Below are positions 52,173-64,000 of a DNA stretch of 64,000 nucleotides, piece after piece. The stretch spans positions 1 to 64,000 of the forward strand of contig NW_026865372.1 in NCBI RefSeq assembly GCF_026571515.1. The letters run 5' to 3'. Origin of the DNA: Ruditapes philippinarum. Taxonomy: Eukaryota. Every line of letters starts with the position of its first letter. Position 1 is the stretch's first letter. Both the position numbers and the translations under genes were made by a program. The notes beneath the pieces are model-generated. The model worked only from the letters and a program-made list of their open reading frames with translations. It made no database searches and had not been told where the DNA came from.

Positions 52173-55100
52173 AGAAACCCCGGGATCACAAACCAATACT
52201 CTCCCTATTGAGATAAGCGGACGGATGAAAATTATATCACTTGAGTCGGAAATTGTAATAAGAAAATACGTTAGCTATGAATTGACATACAGCCTAAATG
52301 CCAACGATGTCAAATTATTAAATTCAGATGTCTAGCACTTAATAGTCAGAGAAATAATTAAGATTATCATATTTCAATTCCTAATTATCTTTTTTAGTTC
52401 GACCTGAACAAAATGTACATTATTTTTTTACAAAAACGCTGGCTTCCATGGAAAAATCCTTTTTGTTAAAAGTATGTTCATCTTACACTGATAACAATGC
52501 AAAAACATTTCTGTAAAAACAAAGTTATGTTATGAACGGAATCTACAACCTTTATACGAAAACTACTCATATTGGGTCTATACTTGTAATTTTCTAATTT
52601 TGACATGGAAACTCGGTTAATTTTGAGTTCGTTAAGAAGAAAGAATCAATTTGGACATAAAACTTCGTAGCTGAGATGCAATAATGTTGAAAGGTACTGC
52701 CTTCAGGAAGAACGTGAGCTATGAATAACAGAAGAACTTAGAAGTATTAAATTGAATTGATCAGTATCTGCATTAACGGAGAACAGTTCGGCTGTTTAGA
52801 ATTATTAAACCCAAAATTTGACACAAATATAGCAGATGTGCAATCAATTAAACTATATCATTTCGAAACTGATACTTCAATTTTCTTGTTCAACTTTGAA
52901 ATGAAACTTTCATGTGTTTGAGTCATAGAATGAGCTTGCTTCTTTCATGTTAGCTCTCTACGATAATATCATTTTTTTTGTGTTTCAATGTTTAATATTT
53001 TCATCTTATTACATGTACGCGAGACATGTAATAGTTTGTAAAATAATAAGATACCATCTGAAGACATTGAATAATTGTATTTTATTATTGTTTATTCAAA
53101 TACGAACAAAAAGGCATATTTTTGTTATAATAGATCAATACTTAGGTTGATAAAGCGACATGTAAATGGGCAAAATGTTGGGTTTGCTTTAATTAATCAT
53201 TGACTATTACCAGTAACTTTCAATTCCAATGATTTTTTATTGAAAAATTGCTATTATATACAAACGGTGATAGACTGCATTCACTTTTGCTTAACATGAC
53301 ATCCCTTGCTATATCAACTTATAATTTTTAGTTCATATAAAGTGAAATGAGAAATTCAAACCAAACTCTTGTTTTTATGATTCTATATTTCTTTTTTATT
53401 TTGATAAGTAAAAGTATGATTTAAATTAAATGAAAAATTTTGAGTAAATGTATGATACAGCTCCAGTAAGGATATTTGGAAATACAATTGGAATAATCGA
53501 AAATTCAGTCTTCAATATTTCTAATTTCATCATGCCTCTATTGTTGTGCTTGTTCGTAACAACTATATGTTTTATTAAATAACCCCTCTGTTCTTGACTC
53601 TAAATGAGAGAATATAATTTTCAGACACGCTAAACATCGATGATGAATATAAACTATGCTATACAACTACATATCTTATTAAATTATAGTTTCCTATCAA
53701 AGAAAATATAATTGGCATATGCACGTCAAATGGCTATAAAACAGTATGTGCTGCCAAAGGGTGGTTGCATATTTGCAAGGCCAATAATTACTTTAATATC
53801 AATTTTTTCTTATCATATCGCTTGTTCTTGTTTATCAGATCTTCATATGTTGTATATTTGGAGAAAGCTATTATTGGTTATACATTATTTGTAAACTAAT
53901 GACGTCATTTACGCGGTATAGGACAGTAATGATATTGAATGAAACGAAACCATTCCAAGTGATGTTAAAGTCATGCACCGTTCAGACATTGATGGGAAGA
54001 AATGGAATTTCACTCAAAGCTGACCAAAACCCTTTAAAATATTGCTATTTTAATATCTTCAAACTTGTTTTCTGTACATGTGTTTTCAAATATTTCAACA
54101 ACAACAAAAAATCTGACCAATGTAAAACATGTTTTCCACTAAGACACTACAAGTTAACATACACTGTACATATTGATATCAAAATCAAGCTTAATCATCA
54201 GAAACGAAAAAACAATTTGTCTGAAACAAATGTTTCAGATTGCACTTTTATAATGATTATTTTTATCCCGCAAATAAGCGTTCGTCAACGCGGATTGCTA
54301 CAAGTATTAAATGTTCTGATAAAATTGTTTACCTTCATAACTATCTCTCATAAAAAATGTCAAAATATTAATTATATGCATAAACTATATTGTAAAAACT
54401 TTTCATAACAGTCTAAACAAAACATTGAAGGCATAGCGAGATTATCCGATTGGTTGCTAAATCTCCTAGAAACAGAATGAATGTGTTACTAAGTAATATA
54501 GGCAAATACAAAACAGGATGTTATGCAACACCATTATCTCTACATAATTTAGGTAAGTCATGGATATTAAAATATCTAGGCTTTAGGTACTTGCTCGCAA
54601 GCTTTAAATGTTTTGATATACTTTATTTTTAAGGAAAATACTGAACATAATATTTGTAAGTGCTTGTTCAAAACGGCTACTTTTCAAACTTTCTTTACAA
54701 TATTTGTTTTCCCACATTACTTAAAAGATTGCTAGTTTAAATCTGTAAATAAATTGATTGGAAACCATTTTATTCTGTTTACGGACAACATTTCATGTTA
54801 CAAATCTTTCATGCAGTGACAAAGAGGTTATGGAAACAACATAATGTTATTGTCGTAAAATTTTGACTAAATAATTTATCGAATAAAGAAACTTAATACA
54901 TTTTAAACTTTATACACTTAACAGTAAAAGTAGCGTCAACAATAATGGCATAATGGCTTTCTAATTTCCGGTTTACTTAAATATCTACAATTGAACAGCT
55001 TCTTGTGTCGGTGCAGTGAGCAGGATACAATCGATTTCAGAAATGTCTGCGCACATGAGTTAAAGCAACAAAATAATTGCTAGATCTATATTTAACAAGA

Positions 55101-55769
55101 TTAATTAGACATATTTATATATGACGTCATTTGAACTATCTATTGCGTCATAAGGAAAACATGATTATGCTTATTTGAATGACTCATATATTCCTAATGA
55201 TATCTTCAGATCTAAATTAATTCATTAATTAAAACCGAAATGGTTACAACTTAAACTTCTAGAAAACAACAACAAAAAAAAAACCAAAAAGAAAACCCAA
55301 AAACTCAAGCTTTCTGTGTAATTTACAAATCAATTATAACTTAAAGTCAACAATATTCAACTAAATTATAGGTAATCACACTTTCAAACCAATACATTTC
55401 ACATTTCCATTGACATGCTATTCAATTACTATATCTTATTTCAATTTCCACAGGGTTAATATTTTTACCCGATTATTGGCATAAATCCGAATACAGTAAA
55501 GACAAATGTCATGAAATACATTACTTCAATTTTCATTTTGTTTTATCTCGAAATGGAGACATTAAAGATTAGCAAACTTAAGTTAAAAATGTTACTGACT
55601 CATTTTGATGAAGGAGTAATCACAAGCTACCGTCCACACTATCTAGGTTTTTAATCATTTTACAAAGATCTAATGTAAAAGATTTGAGATATTAACATAT
55701 TTTTGTTTTATAAATATATTTACGTTTTCATGTTTAGAAAAAATGAATTCTCTAACGCATGTAAAAAAA

Positions 55770-56010
55770 ATCCCCAGCAAAATTGAGGTTGTTACAGTTT
55801 CGATTTGAGTTCGCCTGTCCATAGACGATACTAGAAAGTGACAGTATGACATACAGTCCATGCTCCATAGCACAATTTATGCAGAATGCAACATTTAACA
55901 TGAAATGATATTTTGTTTTGAATTCATGTACATCCAAACCTTTGTTCGTTCTTACGGACATTAGGTCCTTTCCACAAAAAGGTACGTATGCTCCAAGAGA
56001 AATAAAAATG
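55770..56010 (-). repeat. Structured dispersed element, subfamily B, highly diverged copy
   Basis: gcaaaattga...gcctgtccatagacgatactagaaagtg...gcagaatgcaacatttaacatgaa...cgtatgctccaa is colinear with ~7225-7485. Confidence 0.6.
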
Positions 56011-56650
56011 CTGACACTCTCACACTTTTACTTTGTTTAGTAATTTCTAATAATCTAATAAACAGCAGCAATATCATATAAAATCTCTTTGCGTCACTCA
56101 TTTCTTTAGTTCACTGACACAAAATTTGTGTTAAATCTTGATGTTTAAAAGAGCTGATACTGATTTGTTTTGGTAACACCCCTGTGATTTATTAATAATC
56201 TAACCTTGAAATATATAAGACGATAAGCTAATATCCGGTGAAATTCTTTTTACGTGATAAGGATATTGATGAATGCTTTGATGGAAGATTCTGTGTAAAA
56301 TTGTTTTGATAATGTAAGCACAGATTTGCACTTTGAATGTGTTTGTTTTATAATGTTTTCTTACTCCTATGATTCATTATTCCATAAAGGTATAATCCAT
56401 TCGATTGAAATAGTCTTTTTAATATAAAAAATTGTAAGCAGTAATATATTATAAATTCCGTCATCTTAAAGTCGATTCTCGAAATCCAAACAAAAATTTG
56501 GAAACTACAGACAGCAGATATATAGCTTGATACATAAATATAACTTTCTGTTCTATTTGGTGAACATTGATCTTATATCGATAGACGAATCCACGTTTAA
56601 CTTATTGTTATACAACCTTTGTTATAATAATAATAGAAATAAAAAAATAT

Positions 56651-56856
56651 NNNNNNNNNNNNNNNNNNNNNNNNNNNNNNNNNNNNNNNNNNNNNNNNNN
56701 NNNNNNNNNNNNNNNNNNNNNNNNNNNNNNNNNNNNNNNNNNNNNNNNNNNNNNNNNNNNNNNNNNNNNNNNNNNNNNNNNNNNNNNNNNNNNNNNNNNN
56801 NNNNNNNNNNNNNNNNNNNNNNNNNNNNNNNNNNNNNNNNNNNNNNNNNNNNNNNN
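56651..56856. other. Assembly gap (206 N)
   Basis: Run of N characters. Confidence 1.
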
Positions 56857-59785
56857 ATATGATAAAAAGACAAATACGTCGTTTAGTTTTCAGGAATCTA
56901 CAAATGTACGTACTGAAATATACTAAAATGAATATTAATCACTTTCTTTATAAAGCTTTCAACCGGAAAGAAATGGTCCAGAAAATGTTGTAATGCTAAA
57001 GAAATGTTTCAATCCCATTATATAGATACATGCAAATTGTTGCTGTCATTTAGATTTTGTAAATTTATACTTAAACTTGCATTATTTAAATGTTATGTTT
57101 AAAATAAAGAAATAAAAATAACTCACTATTTAACACCTATATGTAACATAATGTAAACATCTATATGAGGAATCTTTTTATCAATTTCATTTGTTATTTG
57201 ATATACACAAAATTAAAACTAAATGAATGTAATATGATAACTTTTATTCCAGAAGTGCACTTCTACAATGTACAAAGTACAAAGATTTCAATGTCATAAC
57301 CCTCTTTTCGGTTCATAATAATCTCTTACAGAACCTGTCAAAATATTTACAAAATTCATAAACTTTAATCTATTTATTTACAAATGCTCTCATAACAGTC
57401 TAAACACTGTGTGCATAGCGAGAAGATACCGATTGCACGAATAATGTTCTAAAAACAAAAGTGATACAAGATGAAAAATTATACAAACTGCTATAAGCAA
57501 AATAAAAATGTTTGTTAAGAAAGAGATCTTTTAATTTTGTTTAACATGTCATAGGGACTCCAGCGATTGTTTTTGACATGACGGAACTAAAAATATGTTT
57601 AAGAGATTAATCTTTCTTTTGATGTAGGTCAGCCAATTTTTGTGTGTGCAAAATTGCCGATATTTTGCTCACTCTGTTTTTCCATATTACTTCATTGGAT
57701 AACTATTTTACAGTGATCTGAAGAGTCATACACCTGTTTGAAAGTATATATCATTTGTCATTATATTGTTTATCCAATGTCATCTCTTATCATGAGTTTT
57801 GACATATGTCTTACAAAGTAGCATTTTTATAAGCACATCGTTTACATACTTATAATGCATGAGCTAAAGGATTTACTTTAGTATCGAACAAGTATTTGTT
57901 TTGTTTGGATTGCATTTACAATATAAAACAAAGCAATAAAGAACATACAGATTAAAAAATAGAAGTAAAAATGTCAAACAATAGCACTGTCACGAAATAC
58001 AATCATTATTGTATATTTTATAACTACAGGAAAATTGAATTCAATGATTTCTATGCTACTAGTATAACATATAAATTTGGGGTAAATCTTAACGATTTCA
58101 TATTTAGACTCTATACAAACTTTAATGTGTGTCCTGTTAACTTGCCCGCATCTAGTTCATAGTTTAGTTTATGTTATTAACTTTGCAGCGGTATCAATAT
58201 AGAAACAGACATTGCAGCTCATGGCTATAAAATTGTTGCCAAAGAAATGAATATTGATCGAGACAATAATGATGCAAATGAATTTGAAATATCCGGAAAT
58301 TTAGTAACATTAGTGTCATAAAATGGAAATAAAACGTACACAAATCTGTGATGATTCACTTATTCAGCATGCAATACATGTCAATCTGAAATAACGTAAC
58401 AAATAAGAAAGTTATAGGCAAAACAAAAAAAGTCTTTTTCCTAACAACAAAATGCATAAAAGTTAGATAGATGTGATACAAGTTCAATCTTTATATGCAT
58501 TCTTATTTCAGCAAAGTATTTTCAATCTCTTGACAAACTGATGAACCTATAATTTATTAGATACATGTAGTGTAAAATCACTGCCTCAGTTCAATTGAAT
58601 AATTTGTGACGCTTTATTGTAAAAATGCTTCAAAGCAAAAGTTGGAGTGTTTAACTGACGGACATTAGAGTTTATTCTAATAATAGTATATGCAATTTTC
58701 ATTAAATAACAATTACAGAGTCGAGTATGCCCATCTTACACAGGTATAACTACACAGATATAACAATGTTTGCCAAGAACCCTTCTTTAAAAATTGCATC
58801 ACCTTTTCCGTTTGAATTCATTAACCGTAAAAGAAAATGTTTTTGTTTATTTTCTTTAATTAAAGATTTTTTAAAAAGAAGGTTTTTTTGGGACCAAGCT
58901 TAAAACTTTTAATACCACTATTTCTCTGATTACCATAATAACATGTTCCATTACATCAATTGTTACTATAACAAAATGAAAAGCAGTTAGGTAAACTGCA
59001 CAATGAAACAAACTATTAAATGTTACTCAGTCTGCATTATGCTTTTCACCGGTTTACCTTTACAGTTGCAAATCATTCTTTATGACATAAACTTGGACCA
59101 ATCACAAACAGTTCACGTCATTCATGGGAAAGAAACACTTACATTCGGATCAAAAATAGTGCATCATGTTACAATAATACACAGAAATACATAGTTATTT
59201 TCGTAAACTGCGTTCTAAGGTAAGGATATAGCAATAAAGCAACGCTTTCCTACACGATTTTGAGCATTTTCGGAACCTTTGGACCAATCATAAATAATTG
59301 ACATTTATTGTTAAAAGGCTATATCGTGATTATACATAAAAGCAAGTGCACTTGATTTCTGTTGCAGATTAAAGCATTTTGATTAGAATGAAATGTAATG
59401 AGTTATGAAATATCCGGCTGAATTATCATCGGTAACAATGGGCCTGCACTTGGTATTGGTGCAGCGAGCAGGTTTCTATCAAAATCAATAAATTGTCACC
59501 AGTAAACAGTTGCAAATGGGTACTCTATTTTTAACTAGATAAATGAGACATATTTCTGTATGACGTCATTCCTTGACATTTAGAATTATCAATTGCCTCG
59601 TAAGGAAAAAGAAGATCATTTTCATTAGAATGACTCAATCTAAATGTCCTCCAATGTTATTTTTTTTTAAACGTTTGATGCATTAATACATACAGTTTTA
59701 GCATCTGTGCTTTTGAAATAGAAATGTACCACGTCCTTTATGGTTCTGCCAAAAAGAAAATATGTTCATACAAAACCAATTTCAT

Positions 59786-59875
59786 CAGTCAATGAAAAGC
59801 TCAATCAAACCGAGCCTGCAACATTTTCAATTTTGCAGTTTCTTTGAAGTTCTTTAGGGATCTGTTTTTTCGGAT
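59786..59875 (+). repeat. Structured dispersed element, subfamily B, terminal ~90-bp fragment
   Basis: gctcaatcaaaccgagcctgcaacattttcaattttgc...ttctttagggatc. Confidence 0.75.
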
Positions 59876-62800
59876 ATCTTATAAATTAGTTTTAAGTTAT
59901 TAGCGAAAGTATGATAAAACAAAAACGTTCAAACTCATATGTCATTATCATTTATATAATATATAATACACACATTTATATATAACATATATAATAATTA
60001 TACATCCTTTTTGTCAAACATTATCTGCTATATTTTTTTTCATTTTAAAAGGACATGAACATGTCCATTTTAAACAAACATTAAGCATAAATCGGAAATA
60101 CGGTTGTAGAAAAAATTTAATCTACGGAACAGATATTCGATTTTTTTATTGTATTTAGATTGCTGTAAAATACACAATAATATTACAGCGCTACAAAAGA
60201 AGAAAGAAAAAATAAAACAACAACAATAAATAAAAAACAGCCTTGTCATATCACATTTCCTTACAAAACCCCTTCCTACTACGAGCGTGGGTATACCTTT
60301 GTACTTATACAAATGTATGCTAAGGAGGTCCAGGAGCATGCTCCAACTGGTATGTATCAGTAAATATTCTAGTTCTCAATACTTTGTAAAACGTGTATGT
60401 TTAAATCCTACACTTTTCCATTATAATCAAAAATGGTTAATGATATCATATATATTGACAGTTTTGTTAAAAAAATTACGAGTTCCATAGTATTTAAGGC
60501 TACTCATTAAAAGATTTTATGTAAACTTCCTGTCTTTCCAAGAATTAAATATTTGTGATACAATCTAAATAACTAGTGTAAAAACTGGCTTATGAGTATA
60601 TTAAATTGTTTTATTGTAATTTGCTACACATTCTAAGCTCAAAAAGAATTTCACAGATTTTTAACAACCGTTTAGTCTTGTTGCTACTTGCTAAACATTT
60701 AAAACGCAATTAAATTTAATGTTTGTACTTGATTTAACCGTGTCTGAATACTCTTATGCTATGATATTAAACAGCAACATGTTATATTAATTGCTTGAAA
60801 ATTGACCAAACATTCTTTAAGGCTGTGTAACAAATAGTGGTTGTTAAGTTTTACAGCGTAATAAAATATAATCGGAAGAGACACTTCACATTCTTTGTTG
60901 ATAAATGATATATTTATAGAACATCTTCAGAACACATAATCTTAATCTTGAAATCAGAGTTAACATAGTAAAATAAGAAAATTAATTTCTATCATATGTG
61001 TACAGAAACATACATAGATAAATCGTTAATCATTATTGATGCTTTCTGTATACGATATTGACGTAAATGACTTATTTACATGATGAATCATACCATGACT
61101 GAATAAGATCAAGCTATTAAACAAGAACAAATAAGGTTAATACAAGTGATTCTTAAAAGTATATCTGTTAATGACAAACGAATGGAATTAATCCACTACT
61201 AATTTTAGAATAAAGTGTATTTGGACATAAGGTTATATATGTCTTTCCAACAAAATAAAATCGTGTGTTCCTTACATTATTTATTTGATTTCATATCGTC
61301 ATGTTACTGAACTAACTTTATTTAAGGGGTATTCCAAAAATAAGTTGAAACGCTTACAACTTTTTTCTTGTTACATTTTAGTAATATTCTAGAGTGCCAT
61401 GAAGATCAAGTGCAACAAAATCAGACAGATTTACTTAAAGTTTATAAGAATTATTGTCAACCTCCACCCATCCTGATCACGAAGATAGACAAGATAATCA
61501 CGCTACTGTATTTGATCTACTGATGTTTATTCAATTTAAGTATTTTTTCTTGCGTATACCGTATGTTTTTGCTTGGGGTAAAGTATATCTTTACGATGTC
61601 ACATTTAGACTCTTTACCATCTTTGATGTTTGTCATGCTCACTTGCCTGCATCTATTTCATTGTTTATATTACATTTATTAACGTTACAGAAGTATCAAT
61701 ATAGAAACAGTCATTGCAGCTTATGGCTATACAATTGTTGCCAAAGAAATGAATAATGATCGAGATAATAATGATGCAAATTAATTTGAAATATCCGGAA
61801 ATTTAGTAACATTAGTATCATAAAATGGAAATAAAACGTACACAAATCTGTGATGATTCACTTATTCAGCATGCAATACATGTCAATATTTTCTGAAATA
61901 AAGTAACAAATAAAGTAATAAGGCAAAAGCAAAATACATTTTTTCTAACAACATTTGGCTTCCATGAACGAAATGCATAAAAGTTAAATAGATGTGATAC
62001 AAGTTCAATCTTTATATGCATTCTTAATTCATCAAAGTATTTTCAATCTCTTGAAAAACTGATGAATCTTTAATTTATTAGATAGTTTAACTGCCTCAGT
62101 TCAATTGAATTAATTGTCATGACTACAGTGAAATATGCTTCAAAGCAACAGTATGGAATGTTTAACTGACGGTAGAGTTCATTCTAAACACAATTTTCAT
62201 TAAATAAAAATGATAGTGTTGAATATGCTCATCTAACACAGATATAAACAATGTTTGCCAAGAAAAATACATCACCTTTTCCGTTTGAATTCACAAACCG
62301 TAGAAGAAAGTGTTAATTTTTGTGGTTATTTTTTTTTAAGATTTTTATTTTAAACTATTTATTTGTGGATCAAGCTTAAAACTGTTAATACTACTATTTC
62401 TCTGATTAGCATAATAACACGTTTTATTACATCAATTGTTACTTTCATAAAATGAAAAGCAGTAAGGTAAACTGTACAAAAAATAACAAACAGATAAATG
62501 TTACTCAGCCTGCATTATGCTTTTCACCGGTTTACCTTTACAATTGTGCTTCATCTCATCTCCAAATCATTCTTTATGACATAAACTTGAACCCATCACA
62601 AACAGTTCACGTCATTCATGGGGAATGAAACACTTACATTCGGATCAAAAATAGTGCATCATGTTACTACAATACACAGAATTACATAGTTATTTCCGTA
62701 AACTGCGTTTCTTAGGTAAGGAGATAGCAATAAAGCAACATTTTTATACATGTTTTTAAGTATTTTTGGAACCTTTGGACCAATCATAAATTACATTTAA

Positions 62801-63273
62801 AGGCTATATCGTGATTATACATAAAAGCAAGTGCACTTGATTGCTGTTGAAGATTAAAGCATTTTGATTAGAATGAAATGTAATGAGTTATGAAATATCC
62901 GGCTGAATTATCATCGGTAACAATGGGCCTGCACTTGGTATTGGTGCAGCGTGCAGGTTTCTATCAATATCAATAAATTGTCACCAATTAACACTCGCAA
63001 ATGATTGATCTATTTTTAACTAGATAAATGAGACATATTTCTATATGTAGTCATTCCTTGACATTTAGAATTATCAATTGCCTCGTAAGGAAAAAGACGA
63101 TCATTTTTTATTAGAATGACTCAATCTAAATGTCCTCCAATGTTATTTTTTTTTAAAACGTTTGTTGCATTAATATATACAGTTTTAGCATCTGTGCTTT
63201 TGAAATAGAAATGTACCACGTCCTTTATGGTTCTGCCAAAAAGAAAATATGTTCATACAAAACCAATTTCATC

Positions 63274-63362
63274 AGTCAATGAAAAGCTCAATCAAACCGA
63301 GCCTGCAACATTTTCAATTTTGCAGTTTCTTTGAAGTTCTTTAGGGATCTGTTTTTTTCGGA
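63274..63362 (+). repeat. Structured dispersed element, subfamily B, terminal fragment (duplicated with its flanks)
   Basis: Essentially identical to 59786-59875. Confidence 0.75.
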
Positions 63363-64000
63363 TATCTTATAAATTAGTTTTAAGTTATTAGCGAAAGTAT
63401 GATAAAACAAAAACGTTCAAAACTCATATGTCATTATCATTTATATAATATATAATACACACATTTATATATATAACATATATAATAATTATACATCCTT
63501 TTTGTCAAACATTATCTGCTATATATTTTTTTCATTTTAAAAGGACATGAACATGTCCATTTTAAACAAACATTAAGCATAAATCGGAAATACGGTTGTA
63601 GAAAAAATTTAATCTACGGAACAGATATTCGATTTTTTTATTGTATTTAGATTGCTGTAAAATACACAATAATATTACAGCGCTACAAAAGAAGAAAGAA
63701 AAAATAAAACAACAACAATAAATAAAAAACAGCCTTGTCATATCACATTTCCTTACAAAACCCCTTCCTACTACGAGCATGGGTATGTATACCTTTGTAC
63801 TTATACAAATGTATGCTAAGGAGGTCCAGGAGCATGCTCCAACTGGTATGTATCAGTAAATATTCTAGTTCTCAATACTTTGTAAAACGTGTATGTTTTA
63901 AATCCTACACTTTTCCATTATAATCAAAAATGGTTAATGATATCATATATATTGACAGTTTTGTTAAAAAAATTACGAGTTCCATAGTATTAAGGCTACT

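Larger units (their letters stand above)
58075..64000 (+). repeat. Segmental duplication, ~3.5-kb period (~58075-60503 vs ~61572-64000, running off the window)
   Basis: Continuous colinear similarity, visibly diverged on the left and near-identical from ~59330/62810 onward. The ORF track repeats (60070-60339 vs 63562-63780). Confidence 0.92.

Noticed and set aside
53899-54408. 169-aa ORF and the other short ORFs in the track
   Set aside because: AT-rich, low-complexity translations with no recognisable domain. Many arise from repeats, alternative frames of the LINE, or the N gap.

Overview
Strongly AT-rich eukaryotic (metazoan) genomic DNA, not prokaryotic. The SINE repertoire (RUDI-like V-SINEs, a Deu/Nin-domain SINE, a CORE-type SINE) points to a bivalve mollusc, probably a venerid clam; this is an inference from remembered consensus sequences, not a database hit. 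I recognise no intact host protein-coding gene. The only convincing coding sequence is a ~4.3-kb CR1-group LINE (~20189-24448; APE endonuclease, reverse transcriptase, C-terminal Cys/His finger) disabled by one frameshift and four nonsense codons; it has a hydrophobic N-terminal leader ending in a 2A-like GDIHPNPGP motif. Three things stand out in the rest. (1) About a dozen copies or fragments of an unnamed non-coding element in two subfamilies. It folds into several stems with compensatory substitutions and strand-specific G-U pairs, has a long-range helix competing with a local cUUCGg hairpin, and nearly always keeps the same end while being truncated at the other. (2) A 16-copy array of a 22-bp perfect palindrome with three recurring spacer classes; it looks CRISPR-like but is a higher-order satellite. 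(3) Six diverged copies of a TATA-like module on the minus strand, inside old tandem segmental duplications, possibly an array of duplicated promoters or first exons. There are also recent ~1-kb and ~3.5-kb-period duplications and a 206-N assembly gap. All alignments and folds were done by eye, and boundaries are approximate.
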